Positions 18,345 through 28,558 of a stretch of DNA of 64,000 nucleotides are shown in pieces. Under the pieces are notes generated by a model, which worked only from the letters and a program-made list of their open reading frames with translations, had not been told where the DNA came from and searched no databases. Within the stretch, counting starts at the first letter, position 1. The number at the start of each line of letters is the position of its first letter. The stretch covers positions 14,307 to 78,306 of the forward strand of contig CAZUGQ010000011.1 in the NCBI GenBank assembly GCA_964620125.1, in the 5' to 3' direction. The translations under genes were made by a program, and so were the position numbers. This DNA comes from an uncultured Hyphomicrobiales bacterium. GTDB taxonomy: Bacteria > Bacteroidota > Ignavibacteria > Kapaibacteriales > Kapaibacteriaceae.

Positions 18345-19058
18345 ATGGCAGCACTTGATCTGGAGATGTTCACCAACGGCGCTCACGATCCTGAACGGGC
18401 GCAAGTGGAGATCCAGGCGGCACTACAGAACATCACCGCCGCTTTTCGTAGAAACCGATTGTATCCAGGCCTTGGTGAGTTGATCGAACTCACCTCAGCC
18501 CTGGAAACGATCAGAACAAACCGCAGCCAGTACACGTCCGTGCTCCCGCGAAAACTTTCCGGCGTGGACTTCGAGACGAAGACACTGAAGTTTGAATCAG
18601 TGCCAGCCGGTCCCGAAATCATCAACAAAATGTTTGCACTGGTTGACTGGGCACTTCCCGTGTTGAACAGCGTGACTGAAGAAGGTGTTGCGATGTTTGA
18701 TTTCGTAACGCAGAATGTGAGCGTGGACGTTGTTGGCATCATGCCCATGTATCGTGATGAAGGATATGCACTGATACCAGATCTGCGCGCAAACCTCATG
18801 CACATCCTGCGGTATGAGATGAGTTTGTATGCTGGTGATGGTGACCGGTATCGAGCACTGAAAACCATCGAACTGGAACCCCGACGTCTGTCTAACTGGG
18901 TTGGTACACCCGAAGACATCAAGATTTCGCTGGTGAAGGATCACACCGATCTGCCCAACCCGGCCACGTACTACATGAACACGGATCTGGATTTTCCATA
19001 CGAGGAAACCATATTACCAGTGGCCAAGCGGAAGCTTATGCGTGTGCTGATCTCGTAA
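18345..19058 (+). CDS. Conserved hypothetical protein
   Basis: AGGAGG RBS before ATG 18345; LYP, GIMPMY.DEGY, LPNPATY and ETILPVAKR segments. Confidence 0.7.
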   Translation: MAALDLEMFTNGAHDPERAQVEIQAALQNITAAFRRNRLYPGLGELIELTSALETIRTNRSQYTSVLPRKLSGVDFETKTLKFESVPAGPEIINKMFALVDWALPVLNSVTEEGVAMFDFVTQNVSVDVVGIMPMYRDEGYALIPDLRANLMHILRYEMSLYAGDGDRYRALKTIELEPRRLSNWVGTPEDIKISLVKDHTDLPNPATYYMNTDLDFPYEETILPVAKRKLMRVLIS

Positions 19059-19078
19059 CGGGTGGCCCGGTGTTCCGT

Positions 19079-20125
19079 TCACTTGCGCAGTATCGTCATC
19101 ACAAATCCATCACCGCCAGAATCTCCGATGGCCGTTTCCCATCGATGGAGTAGCGTGAGCCCTACCTCCTGCGGTGCAACTGGCAGTGCTTCTTCATCAA
19201 GAATGCTGCACGTTGCATAGCCTATCACACCTCCCGGTTTGCACATGCGCACGGCATGCAGAAAGATGTTTGCCTGAATGGCAAGCAGCTCCTGCAATCC
19301 TTGTTCGGTGAGATGCAGTGCGATGTCGGGATTCCGGCGTAGCACACCCGTGCCGCTGCATGGTGCGTCGACCAGAACAACGTCTGCCGTATCATACAAC
19401 CGCTTGTAGATCTTTGTTGAGGTTATGTGCCTAGCTTCCACGTTGTGAGCTCCCGCTCTCGCAGCACGTTTGGCTAGCTGGCTAAGCTTATGGGAAACAA
19501 TATCCAGTGCGATGATGGTACCGGTACCTGAGCTCAGTGCTGCCATGTGCAGGGTTTTCCCGCCTGCTCCGGCACAAAGATCAACACAGCGTTTCCAGCG
19601 AGCCTTTGCGAAGCGGAGCAACTCCCTGCTTACACGCTGTGAGTTGATGTCCTGTTGTTCAAACCAACCCATCTGAAAGGCTCTGCTGCGGAACAAGCCA
19701 AAGGGTGCGTTTACACGCAGGCACTCATGCTCAACATGTTCTGGCTGGAATGGAGCCAATGCCTCCATGGCTTTGGCAACTGTGGTTTTGAGTGTGTTTA
19801 CCCGAACAAAGGTTGGAGCGTCCTGCAGCGATGCTACAAGTGCATGGGAATTCTTTTGCAGCAGCCGTTCGCGCAACCATAGTGGTATTGCCATGCGAGC
19901 TTCGTCAATAACACCATCCAGCGCGCCTTGCCAAGCCCCTTCCCAGTTTGTGTATCGAATGGCCTGGTACAAACGATGTCGGATCAGGGATGCGTCGGCA
20001 CCCTGCACTCCAACAGACTGAAAGAGGGACTCGAGCTCTGACGAAAGGTGGCTGCCTTTGGTAACGCGTTCGTATGCGTTACGAAATGCGTCACGTGGTG
20101 ATGGTGAGGATCTGACTCGTTGCAT
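19079..20125 (-). CDS. RsmB/NOP family SAM-dependent RNA m5C methyltransferase
   Basis: RVNTLK, FEQQD..SQ, DLCAGAGGKT, VDAPCSGTG..RRNPD, YATCS. Confidence 0.9.
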   Translation of the reverse strand: MQRVRSSPSPRDAFRNAYERVTKGSHLSSELESLFQSVGVQGADASLIRHRLYQAIRYTNWEGAWQGALDGVIDEARMAIPLWLRERLLQKNSHALVASLQDAPTFVRVNTLKTTVAKAMEALAPFQPEHVEHECLRVNAPFGLFRSRAFQMGWFEQQDINSQRVSRELLRFAKARWKRCVDLCAGAGGKTLHMAALSSGTGTIIALDIVSHKLSQLAKRAARAGAHNVEARHITSTKIYKRLYDTADVVLVDAPCSGTGVLRRNPDIALHLTEQGLQELLAIQANIFLHAVRMCKPGGVIGYATCSILDEEALPVAPQEVGLTLLHRWETAIGDSGGDGFVMTILRK

Positions 20126-20585
20126 CGTAGGATGATGCAAACTTCGGCAGGTCGGTTGCGCTGCCACTGATGGGTTGCACAACATTGCGTCCGTCCGTTG
20201 CCGAGTACTGTGCCCCGTGGCAAGGGCACATGCAGTTTTCGCCAGGTGCAACAGGTAGATCAACGGTGCACGACTGATGGGTGCAGATGGCACTGAATAC
20301 AACAAAGGCTGAGTCGGCCACGCGCGAAATAAACACCGGCAGGTTGCTGTTCAGGCCGGAAATTACCGTGATGGTAATGCCTCCAACAACAGCGAGCTCG
20401 GGGCTTTTGGACACATCAAACGTTACGGTTGTAGATCCCGGGGGAGTCGGGGATGATTCGTCAACTTCACAACTCTGAACGAGTGCACTGATGGTTGCTG
20501 CACTGAACACGAGACCGATGGAGGATGTTGCGGCACGCAGAAATTCGCGCCGGCTCGAGGCATCGTTGGTAGGGGGCTTTGCCAT
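20091..20585 (-). CDS. Rieske [2Fe-2S] lipoprotein with Tat signal
   Basis: SRREFL twin-arginine motif, LVQSC lipobox, CTHQSC and CPCHG ligand motifs. Confidence 0.9.
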   Translation of the reverse strand: MAKPPTNDASSRREFLRAATSSIGLVFSAATISALVQSCEVDESSPTPPGSTTVTFDVSKSPELAVVGGITITVISGLNSNLPVFISRVADSAFVVFSAICTHQSCTVDLPVAPGENCMCPCHGAQYSATDGRNVVQPISGSATDLPKFASSYDATSQILTITT

Positions 20586-20606
20586 GGTGGATTCGTGAAG
20601 TGAATG

Positions 20607-20909
20607 CTACGGTACGGAACGGCGGCGAAGCATGAACACGCTAAGCAGGATGGTCATTCCCGATACACCGAGAACGAACACATATCCGCGGTGAACAACG
20701 CTTACGTCTGCATCATCAGGCAACAATCCGTACTTGAACGTTGGTTCCCACTTTACAACCTGTTGTGTTGTGCCGAACAGTTCGTCCTTCACCTCCGTGA
20801 CCACCTTTTCCCGCGTCTTGGTATAGATCTCCATACCATCACCGACCCAGACAATGCCTCCAACAATGATGGCGATGACGGCTGCAACGATTAGGAGCTT
20901 CCACATCAT
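20607..20909 (-). CDS. Small membrane protein with two hydrophobic segments
   Basis: N- and C-terminal TM-like stretches flanking a ~55-aa loop containing DELFGT. Confidence 0.65.
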   Translation of the reverse strand: MMWKLLIVAAVIAIIVGGIVWVGDGMEIYTKTREKVVTEVKDELFGTTQQVVKWEPTFKYGLLPDDADVSVVHRGYVFVLGVSGMTILLSVFMLRRRSVP

Positions 20910-20923
20910 AACGATACCCCGCA

Positions 20924-22096
20924 TTAATAGAACAGGTGCAGTTGCAAATTCCAACGTGTGGCAACGCCATCCTTGAAGGTGTCGAACAGACGGTATTCAG
21001 GCCGTAACTCAACAAATGGCATCACAAACACCTGCGCTCCGATGATGCCGGCGTTGAGTGTGGTTTCTTCCAGCAACTTTGTTTGGTTAGTAGTGCCGTG
21101 CTCATAACGAACGTAGGCGATAAGTGGAGGAGTGATTTGCCATCCTAGCTCGGCCATCGACATGGTACTGTACATCACATACTCCTTCTCCGTTCGAGTT
21201 ACGTCCAGCATTACGTAGAGCTGATCCGTAAGCCCCCCCCCAGCAAACACACTGATCATGCGAAAGTCGTTGTTGATGAGAACGGATCCACCAGCGTACG
21301 TGTTCACCATGTTCTCAAAAAATCTTGGCCATGCAACCACTCGAGCCGTGATCGTGGGACTGTTTCCCATGATTGCACTGTGCGAGGTGAGTCCGTCGCT
21401 GAGTTGCACTTGTCCAAGGCCTTCAGAGCCGAACAGCCCAAGCTGAACTGTAAGCCACTTTTCTCGTTCCCAGGTGATCTCGGAGCCCCATTCTCCCCAA
21501 TCGGGTGCCAGGTAGTTGCGCCGCGTTGTTGGCTCTGCATAACTCACAGGAAACACGGTATGGTCGTCGTATCGTGTGCCGATACCCGGACGGAACATAC
21601 CGATGCGTATCGACGGCAACTCCGCTATGGGCTGTAGGATGAGGCTGACTGAGCCCGCGCGTTGACCCGGAAACCGTACTTGTTGATTGTTACTCTTTCG
21701 GAGAGACGCGAAGTTGAAGCCCCCTTCCAGAGTTACTCCCTTCCACGGGCGAACTGCACCGTATAGTGTTGCCTGCATGGGAAAGTAAACGCGGCTGGCA
21801 GCGCTATCGGTAAATGATCTGGTTGTCTGTACCCGTATATCGGTGCCTAACACTACCTTGCCGTCGAAGTAGGCATTGCTTTGATCCTCGGGGTACAGAA
21901 ACGGAATGGATTCTCGTGGTATCAGGCCTACATCAGAATAGCTGTACCAGCCAAGATCATTCCGAATGCCGCCACCCTGCGGTGCTACATGGCATCCACT
22001 GCACCGATTGCCGCTCAGCAACGCAAACTGCGGCAGTGCATGCACCTGCACCACCGCAGCGATCATCATCAGCAGTACAATCGGGCGCTTGATCAT
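20924..22096 (-). CDS. Monoheme cytochrome c / outer-membrane beta-barrel fusion (Cyc2-like architecture)
   Basis: Signal peptide, then LPQFA....N.CSGCH; amphipathic strands; aromatic C-terminus WNLQLHLFY. Confidence 0.65.
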   Translation of the reverse strand: MIKRPIVLLMMIAAVVQVHALPQFALLSGNRCSGCHVAPQGGGIRNDLGWYSYSDVGLIPRESIPFLYPEDQSNAYFDGKVVLGTDIRVQTTRSFTDSAASRVYFPMQATLYGAVRPWKGVTLEGGFNFASLRKSNNQQVRFPGQRAGSVSLILQPIAELPSIRIGMFRPGIGTRYDDHTVFPVSYAEPTTRRNYLAPDWGEWGSEITWEREKWLTVQLGLFGSEGLGQVQLSDGLTSHSAIMGNSPTITARVVAWPRFFENMVNTYAGGSVLINNDFRMISVFAGGGLTDQLYVMLDVTRTEKEYVMYSTMSMAELGWQITPPLIAYVRYEHGTTNQTKLLEETTLNAGIIGAQVFVMPFVELRPEYRLFDTFKDGVATRWNLQLHLFY

Positions 22097-22162
22097 ACAG
22101 CGGCCAAGACCGATGAGTTTCTGTTTGGTTACGACAAAGCGGCAGGCCGTGTGCGTGGCCGA

Positions 22163-23182
22163 CTACTTAAACGTTACCGTCTTCAAACACTTCTCGAAAA
22201 TGGGTAGGTATACATTCTGTTCCGGCTTGAACCAGTTCACGGTTATGCGGAACATCTTGTCGCCCTTTACGGCAAAGTATGCCCGCGAGCTAACGGTGCC
22301 ACTTGGATTGTAGGAGAAGTATGCCGCCTTTACACCGCCCAGGGTAACCCCTGTTGGATTACCGCCACCATAGTTCGGTTTGTTTTGAAGGAGTATCTTT
22401 TCAAGGTTCTTCTGTTTCGAGGCATCGAATACATCAACCTGAATGTTGCAGTCCAGGCGAGACCCAAAGAAGTTCACGCTTGAGAGCCCACCACCAGAGA
22501 GTTTCTTGCCTTCGAAATTTTGAGGAATCTGGATCGTGAAATCAGGTGCGCTATACGAACGCAAGGTATCGGAAGGGGGCTCTGGTCCAGTGGGAGCAAG
22601 CGTATCCGGTTTTTTGGGAGCATCTGGTCTGCGAGCCAGTTTTACGGAAGCCACGATTTCCTTGAACTGCTCGGCGTAATCATCGAAGTTGTTGCCAAAA
22701 GATGCCAGCGTGAGGATCGTGACAACGCTATCATTCTCGGCGAAGTAAGCCTCTGATTTGAAGTTGCCATCTTCCTGACCGAACTCTACCCACAGCTTCA
22801 TGGCCGGTTTGCCGCCAAGTGTAGCTTTCTCCAGTTTGTACCGATCCAGCTTGTCTTCGAATTCAAGCTTGCTATTCTTAATCAGTGAATCCATGTTCCG
22901 AGTACTGTCGATCTCGATGGCACGAAGCTCCACCTTGGCACCACCTTCACCCTTGCTGAAATCCAGGAACCTGCGTCCAACACCTGGCTTGGAGAGAGCA
23001 AGAATCAAGTCACCCTTTTGAACCTGCTTTATCCAGTTCTTGGGGACCTTGACCTCGAACTTGCGAACGTCGTCCTTCATGAGCTCAAGGCCTTCGATAG
23101 GAGTGGGTGTGGCCTTGCGGGCGCACCCTGCTGCAACCAGTGCAGCAAGAGACAGCATAAGGAGAGAACGGAACAGAGACAT
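22163..23182 (-). CDS. Lipoprotein with two tandem PsbP-like domains
   Basis: AAGC lipobox; repeated F...VP.NW / FTIQIPQNF, TLGG..A and F....SVK/TVTF units joined by a Pro-rich linker. Confidence 0.6.
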   Translation of the reverse strand: MSLFRSLLMLSLAALVAAGCARKATPTPIEGLELMKDDVRKFEVKVPKNWIKQVQKGDLILALSKPGVGRRFLDFSKGEGGAKVELRAIEIDSTRNMDSLIKNSKLEFEDKLDRYKLEKATLGGKPAMKLWVEFGQEDGNFKSEAYFAENDSVVTILTLASFGNNFDDYAEQFKEIVASVKLARRPDAPKKPDTLAPTGPEPPSDTLRSYSAPDFTIQIPQNFEGKKLSGGGLSSVNFFGSRLDCNIQVDVFDASKQKNLEKILLQNKPNYGGGNPTGVTLGGVKAAYFSYNPSGTVSSRAYFAVKGDKMFRITVNWFKPEQNVYLPIFEKCLKTVTFK

Positions 23183-23212
23183 GGTAGAATCCTTGTGGTG
23201 ATGATCCGTAGC

Positions 23213-23602
23213 CTAGTTGTTCTGCGCGCCTTCCGAAATCCAGGTTCGCATACCGCGCGTCTGGGCCGAAGGTACGTTTTCAATGTTACCTGAAGTATGA
23301 AGAACCTGCCGTTCGAGAACTTTTATCAGCAAGCTCTCGTCTGGCCGGTATGGTACCGCAAGGTTCGGCCTGTCGAACATCACGGTTGAATACGAGCTTA
23401 ATCTAATTCCACCGGCGGCATTATACTCGTCGTGGCATGGGTAGCACCGGAGTGTAAAAAACGGCAATACGTGATTTCGGAAGCTCACCGCTGAGTCTGG
23501 AAACACGATGGCGTCGGGATTGTTCACATTGCCGGACGGGCACCCCACAAGCATGGAGCAGCAGCAGAAAACAGCCATCGGGAGGAGTATGGCGGGCATC
23601 AA
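23213..23602 (-). CDS. Monoheme c-type cytochrome lipoprotein (planctomycete cytochrome c-like domain)
   Basis: LVGC lipobox; VSF..HVLPFF...CYPCH....AGG..L; P..PDESLL; WISEGA. Confidence 0.75.
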   Translation of the reverse strand: MMPAILLPMAVFCCCSMLVGCPSGNVNNPDAIVFPDSAVSFRNHVLPFFTLRCYPCHDEYNAAGGIRLSSYSTVMFDRPNLAVPYRPDESLLIKVLERQVLHTSGNIENVPSAQTRGMRTWISEGAQNN

Positions 23603-24417
23603 TAGCTCTCCTCGGCGGATGGGAAATCTTTCGAGCGAACATCGGCTACATAGCGCTGCACGGCATTGGTCATGATCTCATGGAGTTCCGCATACCGGCG
23701 AACGAATCGCGGACGGAAATTGGTAGACATGCCCATCATATCCGTCCATACGAGCACCTGACCATCACAGCCGGATCCAGCTCCAATGCCGATAGTGGGC
23801 ACGGTGAGTGAGGCCGTGATACTAGCTGCCAGCGCTGAGGGTACTTTTTCAAGGACGATAGCAAAAACGCCAGCGTCTTGAAGCAGCAGCGCATCCTCGG
23901 CAATTCGTTGTGCTTCCTCTTCTTCGGTACCCCGCTGTTTGTACGAGCCAAACTGGTGAATGCTTTGAGGTGTAAGCCCCAGATGTCCCATCACGGGGAT
24001 GCCATTCTCTGTCATCAATCGAATGGCTTCCACGCTTCGTGAGCCCCCTTCCAACTTCACCGCACCACAGCCCGCTTCCTTCATGAGTCTGCCAGCATTG
24101 CGAAAGGCTTCGCGTGGAGACGCCTGGTAGCTCATGAATGGCATGTCTGTGACCACCATAGCGCTATCCACCGATCGAACCACAGCTTGTGTGTGGTAGA
24201 TCATCTGCTCCAGCGTAACGGGGATGGTTGTGTCGTGGCCCTGCACAACGTTGCCAACGCTGTCACCAACTAGCAACAGGTCCACCCCGGCGGCATCCAT
24301 GATGCCAGCCGTAAGAGCATCGTAGGCGGTGAGGCAGGCAATCGGGATGCCGGCCTGCTTCATCTCCACCAAGCGGAGCGTAGTAACGCGCTTGCGCGTG
24401 GTTGTGGTTTGTGGCAT
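23599..24417 (-). CDS. panB: 3-methyl-2-oxobutanoate hydroxymethyltransferase
   Basis: [45 protein letters not shown]. Confidence 0.97.
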   Translation of the reverse strand: MPQTTTTRKRVTTLRLVEMKQAGIPIACLTAYDALTAGIMDAAGVDLLLVGDSVGNVVQGHDTTIPVTLEQMIYHTQAVVRSVDSAMVVTDMPFMSYQASPREAFRNAGRLMKEAGCGAVKLEGGSRSVEAIRLMTENGIPVMGHLGLTPQSIHQFGSYKQRGTEEEEAQRIAEDALLLQDAGVFAIVLEKVPSALAASITASLTVPTIGIGAGSGCDGQVLVWTDMMGMSTNFRPRFVRRYAELHEIMTNAVQRYVADVRSKDFPSAEESY

Positions 24418-24439
24418 GCAGGAAGTGTTGGAAGAGCGG

Positions 24440-24478
24440 CAAAGATAGCCGCCACCTTCCTTCCCTGCGTTATCTTTC
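24440..24478. promoter_or_regulatory. Back-to-back -7 elements for panB (TATCTTTG, minus, 24440-24447) and lpxH (TATCTTTC, plus, 24471-24478)
   Basis: One exact and one single-mismatch TAnnTTTG in a 65-bp divergent gap. Confidence 0.5.
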
Positions 24479-24482
24479 CGTC

Positions 24483-25256
24483 ATGTTCTCGCCCGTAGTT
24501 GCCCTTCGACACCTTACCGTGCCGGTCCCCGCAGGGCAACGTGTGGTATTCGTATCTGACGTACACCTTGGCTTGGGCGAAGCAGCCGCCGATAGGCTTC
24601 GTGAGCGGCGTTTTGTGGAGCTTCTCCGGTCGTTGCCTGGCTCATGCGCCCATCTTTTTATCGTGGGCGACCTATTTGACTATTGGTTTGATTACCAAAG
24701 GGTGATACCCCGAAAACACATTCGCGCACTTGCTGCCTTGGCGGATGTGCGCGAGGGCGGCCTACCCATCACATATCTGATGGGGAACCACGACTTCGGG
24801 CACCACACGTTCTTCCGCGATGAGCTGGGCATCCCTGTGGATCGGGGCGACGTGTCGGCACAGATTGCCGACCTGAAGTTCTACATAAGCCATGGCGATG
24901 GTAAGGTGGCGAATGACCGCGGTTACCTCGTTCTGCGTTCGATACTGCGAAATCGGTTTACGCAGTCAGTGTATCGCATGCTCCACCCCAACTGGGGAAT
25001 CGGCCTTGCCGCACGCACATCGCATGAGAGCCGCGTATACACAGATCAGAAGCACTATGGACACGATGGCCTGCGCGACTTTGCGGCTGCACGCATTGCC
25101 GAAGGGTACGATGTAGTGGTTATGGGACATCGGCACCGTGCTACCCATGAGAACGTGGGCGCTGGGCTCTACCTGAACCTTGGTGATTGGCTTGGGCAAA
25201 ACCCAACCTATGCGATATTCGCCCCACCAATGGCTCCGCAACTGGTTGCACTGTAG
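24483..25256 (+). CDS. lpxH: UDP-2,3-diacylglucosamine hydrolase (metallophosphoesterase)
   Basis: FVSDVHLG, GDLFDYW, GNHD, HGDG, GHRH, NLGDW. Confidence 0.85.
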   Translation: MFSPVVALRHLTVPVPAGQRVVFVSDVHLGLGEAAADRLRERRFVELLRSLPGSCAHLFIVGDLFDYWFDYQRVIPRKHIRALAALADVREGGLPITYLMGNHDFGHHTFFRDELGIPVDRGDVSAQIADLKFYISHGDGKVANDRGYLVLRSILRNRFTQSVYRMLHPNWGIGLAARTSHESRVYTDQKHYGHDGLRDFAAARIAEGYDVVVMGHRHRATHENVGAGLYLNLGDWLGQNPTYAIFAPPMAPQLVAL

Positions 25257-25335
25257 TCACCAACGGCGCAAGGCCCAGGAATCGAAGACCAGCATTAGGC
25301 AGCGTATGTTCGCACATCACCAAACGAGGGCTGAG

Positions 25336-26271
25336 ATGAAGAAAGTCGGGCTGTTATTCGGAATGGAACAATCGTTCCCACCGGCACTTGTGGAAGAGAT
25401 CAACAGTCGCGATGCTGGCGTCGCGGCGGAATTCGTGAAGATTGGTGGAGTAACACTCGAAGAAATGTTCGAGTATGATGTGATCTTGGATCGAATCTCG
25501 CAGGATGTTCCGTATTACCGTTCCATGCTCAAGATTGCTGCTCTGAATGGTGTGCGTGTGGTAAATAATCCGTTCTGGTGGACGGCTGACGACAAGTTCT
25601 TCAACTACGCCGTGGCCCATAAGGCTGGCATTCCCGTGCCCCGAACAGTGTTGTTACCTAGCAAGCAGCACCCACCAGATACATCCGCAGAAAGTTTTCG
25701 TAATCTGTTCTATCCACTGAACTGGCAGGAATTGTTCGATTATGTAGGCTTCCCAGCCTATCTGAAGCCTCATGATGGGGGGGGATGGAAACATGTGTAC
25801 AAGGTGAACTCTATTGACGAGTTTTTTGACCGGTACAGCGAAACGGGCACAATCGTGATGACGTTGCAGGAGTCCATAGAATTCACCGAGTATTATCGCT
25901 GTTACTGCATCGGCAAGAAGCATGTGCACATCATGCCCTACGAGCCGCGTAATCCTCATCACCTACGATACAAGGCCGGCTTCGCTCCAACGGATGCCAT
26001 GCGTTCGATGCTCACAGAGCTGTGTATCAAGATCTGCAACATCTTGGGCTATGACTTTAACACGATTGAGTTTGCAGTTCGGGATGGCATCCCGTATGCC
26101 ATTGACTACATGAATCCAGCACCTGATGCCGAACGCACAAGTGTGCAGGAAGAAAACTTTGCCTGGGTGTTGGATACTACGGCAACCTTTCTCATCGAGT
26201 TGGCTCAGGAAGGCAGAAAGATCCCTGCCGAATTCCACTGGAGCGAGTTCATAGGTAAAGGTCGGGGATGA
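25336..26271 (+). CDS. ATP-grasp ligase (RimK/glutathione synthase-like)
   Basis: NNPFWW..DDKF, P.TVLLP, FPAYLKP.DGGGWK.VY, LQE.I, NT.EFA, AIDYMNPAPD. Confidence 0.8.
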   Translation: MKKVGLLFGMEQSFPPALVEEINSRDAGVAAEFVKIGGVTLEEMFEYDVILDRISQDVPYYRSMLKIAALNGVRVVNNPFWWTADDKFFNYAVAHKAGIPVPRTVLLPSKQHPPDTSAESFRNLFYPLNWQELFDYVGFPAYLKPHDGGGWKHVYKVNSIDEFFDRYSETGTIVMTLQESIEFTEYYRCYCIGKKHVHIMPYEPRNPHHLRYKAGFAPTDAMRSMLTELCIKICNILGYDFNTIEFAVRDGIPYAIDYMNPAPDAERTSVQEENFAWVLDTTATFLIELAQEGRKIPAEFHWSEFIGKGRG

Positions 26272-27761
26272 CATTGGAAGTGAACGGCCGGTCGCTTACC
26301 GTAGAGCAGGTAGCAGCCGTTGCCAGAGATACTTCGAGTAGAGTTACACTTACAGCCGATGCCGAGGCTGACGTGCTTCGTGCACGTCAGGTAGTGGAAC
26401 GGTGGATAGCCGAAGGTCGGGTGATTTACGGCCTCACAACCGGTTTTGGCGAATTCTCGAACGTTGTGATTCCAGCCGAGAAAGCTGCCGAGCTGCAGGT
26501 GAACCTTATCCGGTCGCACAGCGCTGGTGTGGGCGACTTGCTGCCGCGCGACGTTGTGCGTGCCATGATGCTCCTGCGAGTGAATGCTCTTGCGGGAGGC
26601 TATAGTGGCATACGCCTGGAAACGCTTCATACCCTGCTCCAGATGCTGAATGCCAACCTGATTCCTGACATTCCAAGTCAGGGTTCCGTTGGATCCAGTG
26701 GCGACCTTGCTCCGCTATCACACCTGGCCCTTGCGTTGATTGGCGAGGGAACCATCGAAGGGTGGCCGTCTGGCCAGGTGATGCGCAAAAGGAACATCGA
26801 ACCAGTTCAGCTTGCTGCCAAAGAAGGATTGGCACTCATCAACGGCACGCAGATGATGTGTGCAATAGGCTGCCTGTGTTTGGATAGAGTGCAGTACCTG
26901 CTCGAGGTTGCGGATATCGCAGGTGCGCTCTCGTGTGATGCATTACGCGGAACCGATAATGCCTTCGACGCCCGATTGCACCAGCAACGTCCACACCCAG
27001 GCCAAAGCACCGTTGCAGCCAATCTGAAGCGATTGCTGCACGGCAGCCAGATTCGCGAATCTCATCGCACAGGTGATGATCGTGTTCAGGATGCTTATTC
27101 CATCCGCTGCATGCCGCAGGTTCATGGAGCCTCTAGAGATGCTACGGAGTACGTTCGAACAGTTCTTGAACGAGAGATCAATAGTGTTACGGATAATCCA
27201 CTCGTTTTTGCCGCGGATGACGTAGCCATCGAAGGGGGCAACTTTCACGGTCAGCCGTTAGCCTTGGCACTCGACTTCCTGGCCATAGCCACCTGCGAAC
27301 TAGCCAGCATCAGCGAGCGCCGAACAGAGCGCCTGGTAAATGCAATGCTTGGTGGACTGCCCCGCTTTCTTACACCGAATGGTGGGCTGCATAGCGGTAT
27401 GATGATTGCTCAATACACTGCAGCTTCGTTAGTGAGCGAGAATAAGGTGTTAGCACATCCAGCCAGCGTGGATAGCATACCCACAAGTGCAAACCAAGAA
27501 GATCACAACAGCATGGGCAGCATAGCCGCACGAAAGCTGCAGACCATTGTTACTAATGTTGAACGCGTGCTGGCTATTGAACTGATGTGTGCGGCACAAG
27601 GGATTGACCTGTTAAAGCCCCTTCAAACCAGCGCACGCTTGCAAGAGGTTGTGGCTTCAATTCGAGAACACGTGCCGTTTGCGGATGTGGATCGAGTATT
27701 GTCTGTCGACATTCAGGCAGTACACAACCTGATCCGGGATCGCACGTTTACTGCGTCATAG
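26268..27761 (+). CDS. hutH: Histidine ammonia-lyase
   Basis: YGLTTGFG, LIRSHSAGVG, GSVGSSGDLAPL (MIO-forming), KEGLALINGTQ, QDAYSIRC, GGNFHG, SANQEDH. Confidence 0.95.
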   Translation: MTLEVNGRSLTVEQVAAVARDTSSRVTLTADAEADVLRARQVVERWIAEGRVIYGLTTGFGEFSNVVIPAEKAAELQVNLIRSHSAGVGDLLPRDVVRAMMLLRVNALAGGYSGIRLETLHTLLQMLNANLIPDIPSQGSVGSSGDLAPLSHLALALIGEGTIEGWPSGQVMRKRNIEPVQLAAKEGLALINGTQMMCAIGCLCLDRVQYLLEVADIAGALSCDALRGTDNAFDARLHQQRPHPGQSTVAANLKRLLHGSQIRESHRTGDDRVQDAYSIRCMPQVHGASRDATEYVRTVLEREINSVTDNPLVFAADDVAIEGGNFHGQPLALALDFLAIATCELASISERRTERLVNAMLGGLPRFLTPNGGLHSGMMIAQYTAASLVSENKVLAHPASVDSIPTSANQEDHNSMGSIAARKLQTIVTNVERVLAIELMCAAQGIDLLKPLQTSARLQEVVASIREHVPFADVDRVLSVDIQAVHNLIRDRTFTAS

Positions 27762-28497
27762 GTACGTCGATCACCACTGCATACGCTTCTTCATCGGCAC
27801 GCAGCAGTATGTGGGCAGTATCGGTGAATCCCACACTATCCCGGCTCTCCAGTTGCTGGCTGGCTGCTGACTGCTGATCGTTGCCAGGTGCTGCTGTTGC
27901 ACGTACGTCCAACCGGCCACTGATCACAAACACGAACAAACCGTTGCCGTCGCGCTGGCTCGTGTAGGTGCATTCGAAGCCTTTGTGTAGCCGCACAAGA
28001 GATAGCCAGGCATGTTGGTTGATCCACAGTGGAGAACCATCGCCCTTGGGCCCAACTACAGGTGTAATCTTGTTCGTGAGTAGTTCAATGTGCTTCTGGT
28101 CGTACCGAGGCTCTACACCAGCTTGGTTTGGAATGATCCAAATCTGGAGGAACTTGAGTGGGTCGGTTTCGGAAGCATTATACTCACTGTGGGTAAGTCC
28201 ACTTCCTGCACTCATCACCTGAACCTCGCCCGGTTCAAGAGTTTGAATGTTGCCCATACTGTCCTTATGAGCAATCGTACCCTCCAATGGAATGGATATG
28301 ATTTCCATGTTCCGATGCGGGTGAGTGCCGAAACCTGAGCCCCCTTCCACTACGTCATCATTGAACACGCGGAGCAAACCAAAACCCATTCGCTCTGGTG
28401 CATAGTATTCGCCAAAACTGAAAACATGGCGAGTGTCGAGCCAACCAAAGTTGTAGTGGCCACGGCTGGAAGCCGGGAAGAGGATGGAGTGTGCCAT
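27748..28497 (-). CDS. Pirin family protein
   Basis: FG.LRVFNDD, GFGTHPHRNMEI, H.DSMGN, MSAGSG..HSEYN, LQIWI. Confidence 0.93.
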   Translation of the reverse strand: MAHSILFPASSRGHYNFGWLDTRHVFSFGEYYAPERMGFGLLRVFNDDVVEGGSGFGTHPHRNMEIISIPLEGTIAHKDSMGNIQTLEPGEVQVMSAGSGLTHSEYNASETDPLKFLQIWIIPNQAGVEPRYDQKHIELLTNKITPVVGPKGDGSPLWINQHAWLSLVRLHKGFECTYTSQRDGNGLFVFVISGRLDVRATAAPGNDQQSAASQQLESRDSVGFTDTAHILLRADEEAYAVVIDVPMTQ

Positions 28498-28558
28498 GAA
28501 CAAAAAACGGACTGTCAACATGATGTTGAGCAGCCCGTGGTTTAGTGGTTACAGGTTG

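Noticed and set aside
20091-20585. Rieske protein as a bc1/b6f subunit or ring-hydroxylating oxygenase
   Set aside because: No adjacent cytochrome b, no catalytic alpha domain, and it carries a lipobox
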